The notes: generated by a model not told the origin, from the sequence alone. A stretch of 64,000 bases of DNA from Pirellulales bacterium (GCA_044236455.1 JBIIGJ010000005.1:2027-66026), one strand, 5' to 3'; shown: positions 1 to 8,980, counted from the stretch's first letter. Numbers and translations are program-made.

Positions 1-224
1 GCAGGCTCGAAAACAACATGTCGCTCCTGGTCCAGTTGGCGTTTTTCGAGACGCTGATCGACTGGCAGGAGATCAACGAGAGCCCGAAGAAGTACGAGGC
101 GGTCACGGCCGCCGACATCAAGCGGGTGGCCAACAAGTATTTCTCGCCTTCCAACCGCAGCGTGGCGGTCTACCGACGGGCGGCGTCAGAAGTGAAGTCC
201 GGGGCGAAGTCTGGGGCGAAATAA
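1..224 (+). CDS. M16-family (pitrilysin-like) zinc peptidase, C-terminal fragment; 5' end lies outside the window
   Basis: The reading frame is open to the window edge. The tail ...TAADIKRVANKYFSPSNRSVAVY resembles the ends of M16 C-terminal domains. A second M16-like gene follows 19 nt later, which is the usual paired arrangement. Confidence 0.6.
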   Translation, partial: RLENNMSLLVQLAFFETLIDWQEINESPKKYEAVTAADIKRVANKYFSPSNRSVAVYRRAASEVKSGAKSGAK

Positions 225-242
225 GGAACAGGCGGCACATTC

Positions 243-1841
243 ATGAACATGCGGGTTCTGGCAATCCTTTTGGCGGTGGGCGTGATCGGTGTGGTGCTCC
301 TATCGCCGCGACGCGGCGCGCGTTCGGAGCCGCCTGCGGCCCGGGCCGTGGCTCCGGCGACCGTCGTGGCACAGGCCGCCACGGCGGCGAAGCCGGCGGC
401 GGGTGGCGCCGCGACTGCGGGTATTCCCGCCCGTCCCGAACAGATCGTGTTTGCGCCGCTCTCGTTCGAGCCGCCCGATGCGAGCACGTTTCGCCGCACG
501 CTGGCCGACGGCACGGTCGTCTACCTGGCGCCGTCGCACGAGTTTCCCCTGGTGAATCTCGTGGTCACGTTCAAGGGGGGCGCGTCGCTCGATCCGGCCG
601 ACGTGCCCGGCCTCGCGTCGATGACCGCGCGCATGGTGCGGGAGGGGGGCACGGCGACGGTCGCGCCGGCCGCCTTGGACGAGTCGCTCGACTTCCTCGC
701 GACGGAGGTCGGCGTGTCGGCCAACGATATGTTCACCTCCGCCGCCATGAACTGTCTGAAAAGCAACTTCGACGAAAGCCTGAAGCTCTTTCTCGACATG
801 CTCCGCACGCCGGCTTTCGACGGGCAGCGGCTGGAGACGGCTCGGGCCCGCGTGCTCGAATCGCTCAAGCAGCGGAATGACGACGCCTCCTCGATCCTGT
901 CGCGGGAGTGGAAGCGGCTCGTCTACGGTACCAACCATTTCGAGGCCTCGGAGCCGACCGACCGCACCGTGGCGGCGATCTCGCGGGATCGCCTGACGGA
1001 GATGCACCGCCGCATCTTCCATCCGGGCAACATGATCGTGTCGGTCTCGGGTGACTTCGACGAGCAGGAGATGCTCAGGAAGCTGGAGAAGGCATTTTCC
1101 GGCTGGGAGCGTGGTGAGCCGGTGGCCGATCCGGTCTCACCCACGGCCGTGCTGGAGCCCGGGCTCTACCATGTGCCGAAGGAGATCCCGCAGGGGAAAG
1201 TGGTGATGGGAAGCCGTGCGATCACGCGGGACGACCCTGACGCAATCCCGTTCCTGCTCCTCAACGAGATCCTCGGCGCGGGTGGCTTCACCAGCCGGCT
1301 CATGCAGCAGGTGCGAAGCAACGAGGGGCTCGCCTATTCCGTGCGGTCGGCGCTCACGCCCCGCGTGGCCTACCCAGGCGACTTCCGCGCCGGATTCGAG
1401 AGCAAGAACGCCACGGTGGCGCTGGCGGCCAAGATCGTGATGGAACAGATCGCGAAGATCCGCGGTGAGCTGGTCACCGACGACGAACTGGAAACAGCCA
1501 AGGCGAGCCTGATCGAGACCTTTCCACGGCAGTTTGAGAGCCGGCCGCAGATGCTGCGGGTGTTTGTCAACGACGAGTGGACGAAGCGACCGAAGGACTA
1601 TTGGAAGACATTCCGCGACAAGGTGCGGGCCGTGAGCCGGGAGGATCTCAAGCGGGTAGCGGAGAAACATCTCGATCCGGCGAAGATGGCGATTCTTGTG
1701 GTGGGCGACTGGGACAAAATAGCTCCCGGCGACTTGGAAAAGCGGGCCAGCATGAACGATTTCTTCGGCGGCAAGGTGAAGCACCTTCCACTTCGCGATC
1801 CGCTCACGCTCGAGCCGCTGCCGGAGAAGACGGAGAAATAA
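243..1841 (+). CDS. M16-family peptidase-like protein, probably the non-catalytic partner subunit
   Basis: 532-aa ORF with an N-terminal signal/anchor (LAILLAVGVIGVVLL). It has two-lobed M16 length and motifs. The position of the HxxEH zinc motif reads GLASMTARMVREGGT, with no His-x-x-Glu-His, so it is probably inactive. Confidence 0.75.
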   Translation: MNMRVLAILLAVGVIGVVLLSPRRGARSEPPAARAVAPATVVAQAATAAKPAAGGAATAGIPARPEQIVFAPLSFEPPDASTFRRTLADGTVVYLAPSHEFPLVNLVVTFKGGASLDPADVPGLASMTARMVREGGTATVAPAALDESLDFLATEVGVSANDMFTSAAMNCLKSNFDESLKLFLDMLRTPAFDGQRLETARARVLESLKQRNDDASSILSREWKRLVYGTNHFEASEPTDRTVAAISRDRLTEMHRRIFHPGNMIVSVSGDFDEQEMLRKLEKAFSGWERGEPVADPVSPTAVLEPGLYHVPKEIPQGKVVMGSRAITRDDPDAIPFLLLNEILGAGGFTSRLMQQVRSNEGLAYSVRSALTPRVAYPGDFRAGFESKNATVALAAKIVMEQIAKIRGELVTDDELETAKASLIETFPRQFESRPQMLRVFVNDEWTKRPKDYWKTFRDKVRAVSREDLKRVAEKHLDPAKMAILVVGDWDKIAPGDLEKRASMNDFFGGKVKHLPLRDPLTLEPLPEKTEK

Positions 1842-2158
1842 TGCGTCAACGGCGGGCACCTGTGATCGCTGGCATCGTGATGGGCATGCTGTGGGCAGCC
1901 GGCGCCTGGGCCCAGCCGCCGGCGCCATTGGCCGAGGTGCCGGCGGTGCCGATGCCCGAGCCAGGAGCGGCGCCGCAGCGGACGGTGATACCGCCTCGCA
2001 ACACCGGCCCCGCCGCCCGGGCCCATTCCCGGTATCGCCGCGGCCGCCACGCCACCACCCGGATCATTCGCCGCACGCCCGAGGTGATGCGGGAGGATGC
2101 GGCCCGCGTGAAGCGGGGCGATCTCTTCAGCACCTGGTCGAACGAATATCTGGAGTGA
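1841..2158 (+). CDS. small secreted hypothetical protein
   Basis: The ATG overlaps the upstream stop (TAATG), suggesting translational coupling. It has a signal-like N-terminus (VIAGIVMGMLWAAGAWAQP). No recognisable domain. Confidence 0.4.
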   Translation: MRQRRAPVIAGIVMGMLWAAGAWAQPPAPLAEVPAVPMPEPGAAPQRTVIPPRNTGPAARAHSRYRRGRHATTRIIRRTPEVMREDAARVKRGDLFSTWSNEYLE

Positions 2159-2257
2159 GCTCCGCTCGCGATGGCGTGTGGCTGCCAGCGTGCACGGTGG
2201 TGAACGAGACTTTTGCCCACCCATGCCGTTGAATTCCCGCAATCAAGGAGTTCCACG

Positions 2258-3571
2258 ATGTTTTTTTGCCGCGGACGATGCTGGTTGATGTGTGGGCTTG
2301 CCCTTCTCGGTGTTGGTTGCGGCAGTGCATCGGCGGCCGACTGGCCGCAGTTCCGTGGGCCCGGCGGTGCCGGCGTCGGGACGTCCGCCGTGCCGCTCGC
2401 CTGGGGCGACACGACGAACCTGAAGTGGAAGACGCCGCTGCCCGGTCCGGGATCGTCGAGCCCGATCGTGCAGGGCGACCGGGTGTTCGTGACCTGTTAT
2501 TCAGGGGGCGGGGCCGCCGGGCCTGCCAAGCTCACGCGTCATCTCGTCTGCGTGCGGAAGGCCGACGGTCGTGTGGAGTGGCAGCGGGATCTGGCGGCAG
2601 AACTCCCGGAGGACGCCTACGAGGGCTTTCTCACCGAGCACGGCTATGCCAGCAGCACGCCGGTGACCGATGCCGGCGGCGAGGTGTTTGCATTCCTCGG
2701 TAAGAGCGGTGTCGTTGCCTTCGACCAGAAGGGGAAAAAACTCTGGCAGACGGCCGTCGGCAAGGAGTCGAGCAATCGTCGCTGGGGCTCGGCCGCGAGT
2801 CTCGTGCTGCACGGCGACAACGTCATCGTCAACGCCGCCGAAGAGAGCCAGTCGATCCGTGCCCTCAATCGGAAAACCGGCCGGCAGGCCTGGAAGGCCG
2901 AGGGCGCGGCATTGGAACTGGCCTATGGCACGCCCGGGCTCGTGACGCTCGGTGACGGCACGCAGGAACTGGTGATCGCCGTGCCGGGCGAGGTGTGGGG
3001 CATGGACCCTGCAACCGGAAAGATGCTGTGGCATGCCGACATGGGGCTGACGGGCAACGTGTCGCCGAGCGTGGTCATCGATGGCACCACGGTCTATGTG
3101 TTTGGCGGATTCCGTTCGTCTGGTTCGCTTGCGGTGCGGGCCGGCGGCCGTGGGGATGTCACCAAATCGCACGTGCTTTGGACGAGCCGCAACAGCTCCT
3201 ACGTCGCCACGCCGCTCCTGCACGACGGCCACCTCTATTGGATCGACGACCGTGGGCAGGCGTTCTGCATCGCTGCCAAAACGGGCGAACTCATCTACCG
3301 CGAGCGGGTGGAGGGCATGTCCCAGGGGGGCCGGCCGGTCTACGCATCGCCGGTGCTCTCGGATGGGAGGATCTACGTCGTGAGCCGGTGGAGCGGTACA
3401 TTTGTGCTGCCCGCGGCCCCGCGATACGAGATCCTGGCCCAGAACCGGTTCGAGTCGGACGACAGTGACTTCAGCGGCACGCCTGCCATCGTCGATGGCG
3501 ACCTCTTTGTGCGTTCGGGCAGGTTTCTCTACTGCGTGGAGGCGGGCGGGCGGCCGAGCCCGAGCGAGTGA
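2258..3571 (+). CDS. PQQ-like / BamB-like beta-propeller repeat protein, secreted
   Basis: AAGGAG Shine-Dalgarno sequence precedes the ATG at 2258. Signal peptide, then ADWPQFRGPGG and repeated 'G.VY...g.l.A.d..TGk..W' propeller blades. Confidence 0.75.
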   Translation: MFFCRGRCWLMCGLALLGVGCGSASAADWPQFRGPGGAGVGTSAVPLAWGDTTNLKWKTPLPGPGSSSPIVQGDRVFVTCYSGGGAAGPAKLTRHLVCVRKADGRVEWQRDLAAELPEDAYEGFLTEHGYASSTPVTDAGGEVFAFLGKSGVVAFDQKGKKLWQTAVGKESSNRRWGSAASLVLHGDNVIVNAAEESQSIRALNRKTGRQAWKAEGAALELAYGTPGLVTLGDGTQELVIAVPGEVWGMDPATGKMLWHADMGLTGNVSPSVVIDGTTVYVFGGFRSSGSLAVRAGGRGDVTKSHVLWTSRNSSYVATPLLHDGHLYWIDDRGQAFCIAAKTGELIYRERVEGMSQGGRPVYASPVLSDGRIYVVSRWSGTFVLPAAPRYEILAQNRFESDDSDFSGTPAIVDGDLFVRSGRFLYCVEAGGRPSPSE

Positions 3572-3700
3572 CAGCGATCGACCAGCCGACCGCAACCTAT
3601 GGCGGTGGCCGCCGTTGAAGAAGACGAGACACATCTGCGGGAGATCATGTGGCACACTGTGGTGCCCTAGTCTGCCCCGCCTTTTTTCAAGGAGACTGTG

Positions 3701-4210
3701 ATGAGACGTATGCTGGGAATGGCCCGCGCGGCCACCATGTCGGTGATCGCCGCCTCGCTGGTGACGGTCTCTGTCGCTCAGCCGCCCGAGCGGCCGGAAG
3801 GACCTCCTGATCGCGGCGGCACGGCTGAGGGCCCAGGTGGCTCCCGTGAAGGTCGGGGGCCGGGCGGCCCCCGCGAGGGACGCGCCGGTCCTGGCTCCCG
3901 TGAGGGCCGGATGGGGCCTGGAGGTGGCGGACCGGGCGGGCCACCGTCGCCGGAGCGGTTCGTCGAGCACGCCATGAAGTTCGACGCCGACGGCGATGGC
4001 AAACTCGACCGCGGCGAACTGACCAAATTCGCTGCGGAGATTCAGCGGATGCGCGGCGGGCCCGGCGGCCCCGGAGGAGAACGCGGCGGCCCTGGTGGAG
4101 GCCCGGGCGGACGCGGTGAACGCGGAGATCGCGGTCCTGGGCCGGGTGGGCTTGGCGGTCCTGAAGGCCCCGGCGGTGAACGGCCACAGCGGCCACCGCG
4201 GCCGGAATGA
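3701..4210 (+). CDS. secreted EF-hand protein with Gly/Pro/Arg-rich low-complexity flanks
   Basis: AAGGAG lies 6 nt before the ATG at 3701. Signal peptide present. Canonical EF-hand loop [12 protein letters not shown] flanked by GPGG/REG repeats. Confidence 0.7.
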   Translation: MRRMLGMARAATMSVIAASLVTVSVAQPPERPEGPPDRGGTAEGPGGSREGRGPGGPREGRAGPGSREGRMGPGGGGPGGPPSPERFVEHAMKFDADGDGKLDRGELTKFAAEIQRMRGGPGGPGGERGGPGGGPGGRGERGDRGPGPGGLGGPEGPGGERPQRPPRPE

Positions 4211-4241
4211 ACGACGCTCAGCATGAGGTCATTTCGGGGTG

Positions 4242-5342
4242 ATGCTCCGGCGGTATGCTCTGAGCATCATGCCTATTGCCCTCCCCGCCCGTCCGGCCGA
4301 AGCCCACGCCCTCGATATCGCTCGCGCACTGCTCGCCGCAGACGGCCCTGCCGCAGCCGCTCAGCGTGTGGTCTGCACAACGTCCGGCCGTGGACAGGCG
4401 GCCTTCGAACTGGCCGCAGCGCATCCCGCTGCGGGGGTGACGGTCTGGTTTCTCGATCTCTTTCCGCAGGCGGCGGCGGTCGCGGCCTGGGAGTCGCCGC
4501 CGCCGGGGCTGCATGCGGTCTGCACCGCCGACATGCCCCCGGGGCCCTACGATCTTGCCGTCGTGCCGCTCTCAAAAAACGGCGAGGCGGAACTGTCGCG
4601 AGACATTCTCCAATCGGCGTTCCTGCAACTCGCCATCGGCGGCCGGCTCGTGGCGGCGATCGACAATGCTCGTGACAACTGGCTGCGGGAGCAACTGGCG
4701 GAAACGGGCGAGACGGTCCGCGTGCGGCCTGCGACCGCCGCCGACACCGTGGCCTACATCGTGGAGAAGACCCGCGAGCCTGCGAAGGTCAGGGATTTTT
4801 CCTGCGAGTTTGTCTTTCGTGACCGCGACCGGCTGCTCACGGCCGTGACCCGGCCGGGCGTCTTCGCCCACCGGCGGATCGATCCCGGCGCCCGCCATCT
4901 CCTCAACGCCGTCGACGTGGCGGCCGAGACCCGCATCGTCGACATCGGCTGTGGATCGGGCTGCGTGGCGATGGGACTAGCCGCCCGTGACGCGAGCGTG
5001 CACGTGCATGCGTTCGATGCAGCCGCCCGCGCCGTGGAATGCGCGCGACGAGGCGCGGCCATCAACGGCCTCGACAACCTGACGGTAGCGCTCGAATGCG
5101 AGGGCAATGTGCCCGAGCCCGGCAGCTACGACCTGGCGCTGGCCAACCCGCCCTACTACGCCGACTTCCGCATCGCGGAGCTCTTCGTCGAGGCCGCCCA
5201 TCGGGCGCTCGCACCGGGGGGCACGCTGCTGATCGTCACGAAGCAGCCCACGTGGTATCTGGAAAATCTGCCGAACGCATGGAATGATGTCGCGCGGGAA
5301 GAGGTGAAGACCTACCACCTCATCGAGGCGGTGCGGGCGTAG
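4242..5342 (+). CDS. class I SAM-dependent methyltransferase, RsmC/RlmG-like (MTS-type)
   Basis: Motif I VDIGCGSGCVAMGLA and motif IV LANPPYY sit in the C-terminal half, with a non-catalytic N-terminal half, as in rRNA m2G methyltransferases. Substrate unknown. Confidence 0.65.
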   Translation: MLRRYALSIMPIALPARPAEAHALDIARALLAADGPAAAAQRVVCTTSGRGQAAFELAAAHPAAGVTVWFLDLFPQAAAVAAWESPPPGLHAVCTADMPPGPYDLAVVPLSKNGEAELSRDILQSAFLQLAIGGRLVAAIDNARDNWLREQLAETGETVRVRPATAADTVAYIVEKTREPAKVRDFSCEFVFRDRDRLLTAVTRPGVFAHRRIDPGARHLLNAVDVAAETRIVDIGCGSGCVAMGLAARDASVHVHAFDAAARAVECARRGAAINGLDNLTVALECEGNVPEPGSYDLALANPPYYADFRIAELFVEAAHRALAPGGTLLIVTKQPTWYLENLPNAWNDVAREEVKTYHLIEAVRA

Positions 5343-5414
5343 TGGGCGTTTTGTGCGCGCCCACGATGATCCCCCGGCTTACGCCGGGGGCTTGTATGGG
5401 AGCGGGCATACAAG
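5342..5414. terminator. three consecutive GC-rich hairpins between convergent genes
   Basis: Hairpin 1: gtgggcg(5342-5348)/cgcccac(5358-5364). Hairpin 2: cccccggc(5371-5378)-ttac-gccggggg(5383-5390). Hairpin 3: cttgtatg(5391-5398)/catacaag(5407-5414). They lie between the methyltransferase stop and the decarboxylase stop. Confidence 0.45.
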
Positions 5415-5458
5415 CCCGAAGCGTGAGCGATGGGATGGCTTTCGGCGAGGCCGACCCG

Positions 5459-6592
5459 CTACTGGTTGACGTGCACGACCTTCGCCGGCGGAAAGCCGTT
5501 GAAGTGCGTGGAGCTGGCGGCGGAGTAGGCGCCGATGTTTTCGCTGTAGAGGTAGTCGCCGAGTTCCAGGTCGGGGAGTTGCTCCGCGAGGCTGATCGTG
5601 TCGAGCGCGTCGCAGGTGGGCCCGAAGACGGCGCAGAGCTGCGTGGCCCCCTTCTTGAAGCTCTTCATGTGGTAGGTGCAATGGTCGAAGATCACGCCCG
5701 AGTAGGTGTGGTAGACGCCGTCGTTGACGTAGTAGCAGAGCTTGTCGTTCCGCACCGCTTTGCCGATGATCTTGGAGACGGCATTGCCCGCCGAGGCCAC
5801 CAGGAATCGCCCCGGCTCCGCGAGGATCTCGATCTCCTTTGGGAACAGCCGGTTGATCTCGTGGTTGATCTTCTTGGCCAGGTCGCTGAACTTGGGCACG
5901 CTCGCGTCGTAGGCCGCCGGGAATCCGCCGCCGATGTCGAGCAGCTTGAGGTTGAAGCCGCGTGACTTCGCCTCGGCGAAGATGCCGGCACAGAGGTGGA
6001 TCGCCTGGATGTAGTTCTCGGGATTCGTGCACTGGCTGCCGACGTGGAACGAGAGCCCCTCGACGGTGAGACCGTGGTCGTGGGCGTAGGAAATCAGCTC
6101 CACCGCCTCGCCCGGCAGCGCGCCGAACTTGCTCGACAGCTCCACCATCGAGCCGGTGTTGGGCACCCGCAGCCGCAGGGCGAGGCCGGCGTGAGGGGCG
6201 TGCTTGGCGATCTTCTTGACCTCTTCGTGGTTGTCGTAGGTCACGAGCGGCTTGTAGCGGTCGAGCTCCTCGAGGGTCTCGACCGGCTTGATCGGGTTGG
6301 CGTAGATGATTTTGTCCCAGATGAACGCCTGCCGCTGCTTTGCAGGCAGCTTGGCGATGTTCTGGTGGACCGTGTGAAACTCCTGCATGCTCGCCACGTC
6401 GAAGCTGCCGCCGAGCTCGTAGAACGTCTTCACAATTGCCGCGTCGCTGTTGACCTTCACGGCGTAGTAGATCTGCACCCGCGGGAAATGCTTGCGAAAC
6501 AGGGCGTAGTTCTTGCGGAGTTCGTCATGGTCGACGACGAACAGGGGCGTGCCGTGCTTCTTGGCGAGGTCGAGCAGTTGTTTCTGGTTCAT
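5459..6592 (-). CDS. type III PLP-dependent ornithine (Orn/Lys/Arg-type) decarboxylase
   Basis: Alanine-racemase-fold decarboxylase motifs: YAVKVN with the PLP lysine, GGGFP, and a CDALD-like region. The start is taken at MNQKQLLDLAKKHGTPLFVVD (6592). The longer ORF start at 6625 falls inside the repeat array. Confidence 0.85.
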   Translation of the reverse strand: MNQKQLLDLAKKHGTPLFVVDHDELRKNYALFRKHFPRVQIYYAVKVNSDAAIVKTFYELGGSFDVASMQEFHTVHQNIAKLPAKQRQAFIWDKIIYANPIKPVETLEELDRYKPLVTYDNHEEVKKIAKHAPHAGLALRLRVPNTGSMVELSSKFGALPGEAVELISYAHDHGLTVEGLSFHVGSQCTNPENYIQAIHLCAGIFAEAKSRGFNLKLLDIGGGFPAAYDASVPKFSDLAKKINHEINRLFPKEIEILAEPGRFLVASAGNAVSKIIGKAVRNDKLCYYVNDGVYHTYSGVIFDHCTYHMKSFKKGATQLCAVFGPTCDALDTISLAEQLPDLELGDYLYSENIGAYSAASSTHFNGFPPAKVVHVNQ

Positions 6593-6600
6593 GGGTTCTT

Positions 6601-6881
6601 TCGTGCAGGGCTCAGGGATCGGCATGAGTTTCCTCGCTACGGCAGGATAGCCTCATGCTCGGAATCCTCATGCCGATCCCTTCGCCGATCCGTCAGGGTT
6701 CAGGGACGGCATGAGTTTCCTCGCTACGGCAGGATAGCCTCATGCTCGGAATTCTCATGCCGATCCCTTCGCCGATCCGTCAGGGCTCAGGGCCGGCACG
6801 AGTTTCCTCGCTACGGCAGGATAGCCTAATGCTCGGAATCCTCGTGCCGATCCCTTCGCAAGTCCGTGGTTGGCGAGAGAA
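6601..6881. repeat. tandem repeat, 87-bp unit x3 plus a partial unit, each unit carrying a hairpin
   Basis: Units start at 6621, 6708 and 6795 (ggca[t/c]gagtttcctcgctacggcaggatagcc...). The array lies in the hss-odc intercistronic region. Confidence 0.9.
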
Positions 6882-6903
6882 GTCGAGGTGACGGGTAGTT
6901 TGT

Positions 6904-8364
6904 TCAGTCTCCGTCTGTCAGTAGAAAATTCTTGAACTGCCAGGGGTCGGTCGGGTCGATCTGCGGTCGATTGTAGCCGTGGAAGGCGTTCGAGTAGTGC
7001 TTCAGGGGCGTCCAGTCGGAGGCGACCGAGATGAACTTGCCAAGATAAGGCTTGGCGATGCCGAGGACGTAGTCGTGCGGCAGGTCGTCGGGGAGGTGCA
7101 CGCCGCGGTCGGGGTGCTCGATCATCCACATGCAGGCGGCCACCACCGAGATCGCCACCTGCATGGTAGTGGCGTTTTGATGAGGGACCAGCCGTCGCGA
7201 TTCCTCGATCGAGAGGTCGCTGCCGCACCACCAGGAGTGGAGGGGGTGGCCCATGACGAGCGCCCCCAGGGCGTCGGAGCCGCTGGTGATCTCGTCGGTC
7301 ATGATGCGGATCCGCGGCTGGAGGCGGTAGTCGTTGCCGCGGAGTTCCCAGAGGCTCGCGATCGCCGCGTCGCACGGGCAGTAGGCATAGTGCACCGTGG
7401 GGCGGTAGATCGTCTTGCCGCCGGCGTCGTGGACGGACAGCCTCTCGGTGATGCTGAAGGCCTCGCCGTGGCGGACGACCATGCCCACGATCGTGGAGCC
7501 GGGCACCCAGCTCACCACCGACGTGTTCATCCCCATGCGGGCCAGGCAGATCTGGCTCTGCGGGCCGTCCGGGTGTTGGTAGGCGAACGGCGGCAGTTCT
7601 TTCTCGTGGGTACCCCAGCCCATCTCGGCGGTGGTGGTGCCCTCCTCGCGGAAGCCCTCCACGCTCCAGGTGTTGACGAACTCATCGACTTCTTTCGGAC
7701 GGTTGGTGATCTGCGTGTCCCGCTCACTGCAGTGGATCACCTTCACGCCCAGTTCGTGGGCGAGGTGGTTGAAGGCCCGGCTCTTCGCGTGCTGACGGAT
7801 CCGCTCGGCCTGTTCGCCGGCGAACTTCTTCTCCTCGAGGCACTTGGCGGCGATGTCGAGCAGCGCGTGCTTCGTGAAGTGGCTGATGAGCCCCGGGTTG
7901 GCTCCGTGTTCGAGGACGGCTGTCGGGCCGGGCGAGGTCCAGCCGGCGATCTGCTTCCGCAGGTTCATGTGCCGCCAGTAGAGCGTGAGGTGTGTGGGAT
8001 GGGCGCCCTTCGCATGCTCGTAGGGGTCCCAGAGTTCGACCGACGTGTTGAGATAGAGCACGCCATGGTCGTGGCACCACTGCACGACCTCGCAGCAGTC
8101 GATGTTCCAGGCAAGGTCGATGAGCAGGTCGCCCGCGGAGAGGTGCTTGCCGAGCAGGTCGCCGAGATTCTCCGGCGTCACCTTGTCGCGGACGAACGTG
8201 ACGCCCTTGTCGGTCCACGGCCGCAGCGCCGACTCGTTGGGTTCGAAGTCGAGGATCGTGATGCTGCGCGGATCGACCTTGATGTGGTCGAGGAGGATCG
8301 GCAGCGTGCAGCGGGCGACGGCACCGAAGCCGACGAAGAGGATGCGTTTGTTGTAGGCGAGCAT
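6904..8364 (-). CDS. hss: homospermidine synthase (bacterial Hss type)
   Basis: 486 aa. Rossmann N-terminus ILFVGFGAVARCTLP, then GANPGLISHF, ERDTQ, FVNTWSVEGF, DLSIEESRRL.P.QNAT and a C-terminal DPWQFKNFL, all matching my recollection of bacterial Hss. Confidence 0.88.
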   Translation of the reverse strand: MLAYNKRILFVGFGAVARCTLPILLDHIKVDPRSITILDFEPNESALRPWTDKGVTFVRDKVTPENLGDLLGKHLSAGDLLIDLAWNIDCCEVVQWCHDHGVLYLNTSVELWDPYEHAKGAHPTHLTLYWRHMNLRKQIAGWTSPGPTAVLEHGANPGLISHFTKHALLDIAAKCLEEKKFAGEQAERIRQHAKSRAFNHLAHELGVKVIHCSERDTQITNRPKEVDEFVNTWSVEGFREEGTTTAEMGWGTHEKELPPFAYQHPDGPQSQICLARMGMNTSVVSWVPGSTIVGMVVRHGEAFSITERLSVHDAGGKTIYRPTVHYAYCPCDAAIASLWELRGNDYRLQPRIRIMTDEITSGSDALGALVMGHPLHSWWCGSDLSIEESRRLVPHQNATTMQVAISVVAACMWMIEHPDRGVHLPDDLPHDYVLGIAKPYLGKFISVASDWTPLKHYSNAFHGYNRPQIDPTDPWQFKNFLLTDGD

Positions 8365-8473
8365 CGTGGGAGGCTGGGATCCTGGGGCAGAGACGGGCTG
8401 ACCGGGTGTGGAATCGGGAACGGCTCCCGAGCTCCGGTGTGATTCCGAACCGATCCACTACGCGGTCCGGGCC

Positions 8474-8497
8474 GGAAAGTTCGGCAGTATAATCCCT
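8474..8497 (+). promoter_or_regulatory. putative -10 promoter element (TATAAT at 8488-8493) within a motif shared with the U32 gene promoter
   Basis: GGAAAGTTCGGCAGTATAATCCCT lies 12 nt before the crcB ATG. A near-identical string occurs at 26990-27012. No clear -35 element. Confidence 0.4.
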
Positions 8498-8505
8498 TTC
8501 TAACC

Positions 8506-8889
8506 ATGAACCACCTCACGCACTTCGCCCTGCTCGGTCTTGCCGGCGCCGCCGGCACGCTGCTCCGCGCCGGCTGCACGACGCTCGCCACGCGGCTTTT
8601 TGGCGTCGGTTTCCCGTGGGGCACGCTCGCCATGAATGTGGCGGGGTCTCTCATCTTTGGGCTGATTGTGGGATTCGCCCGGACCCGCGGCACGATTGGC
8701 GTCAGCGCCGAGACGATCCTGCTCGTCGGGCTCCTGGGCGGGTTCACGACCTTTTCCAGCTTCGCCTTCCAGTCGGTGGAGCTGCTGGAAGGGGGCCGCC
8801 CGCTCACGGCGGCCGCGTATGTGATCGGCACCAACGTCGCGGCCCTCGCCGCCGTCTGGGCGGGCCTGCGGATCGCCGGCGGCCAGTGA
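8506..8889 (+). CDS. crcB: fluoride ion channel CrcB/FluC
   Basis: 127 aa with four TM segments. Motifs GTL.RA, FPWGTLAMNV.GS and GGFTTFSSF are typical of CrcB. Confidence 0.9.
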   Translation: MNHLTHFALLGLAGAAGTLLRAGCTTLATRLFGVGFPWGTLAMNVAGSLIFGLIVGFARTRGTIGVSAETILLVGLLGGFTTFSSFAFQSVELLEGGRPLTAAAYVIGTNVAALAAVWAGLRIAGGQ

Positions 8890-8980
8890 CGGGCCAAGAC
8901 CCGGACTGTGGCAAACCGTAGGGGCACGGTTTCAGTGTGTCCTTAAGAATCGTGCCGGTGCTGATGGGCCGGATTGGTTC

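Noticed and set aside
3650-3666. A sigma-54 type -24/-12 promoter (TGGCAC...GGTGC) upstream of the EF-hand gene.
   Set aside because: The GG-to-GC spacing is one nt longer than the consensus, and the -12 region is GTGC rather than TTGC.
4042-4224. Pro/Gly-rich ORFs antisense to, or out of frame with, the EF-hand gene (3778..4026, 4042..4224).
   Set aside because: They are mirror translations of the GGN/CCN-rich repeat. The sense frame has a signal peptide, an EF-hand and a Shine-Dalgarno sequence.
6601-6881. The tandem repeats here, and the 18-bp array at 43518-43571, as CRISPR arrays.
   Set aside because: The units are directly adjacent, with no unique spacers, and no cas genes are in the window.
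8365-8505. A fluoride riboswitch (crcB motif) was expected upstream of crcB.
   Set aside because: Neither the conserved GAUGG segment nor the CUGAUGA-type segment I associate with the crcB motif is present. The only notable element is a TATAAT box 12 nt before the ATG. A covariance-model scan would be decisive.
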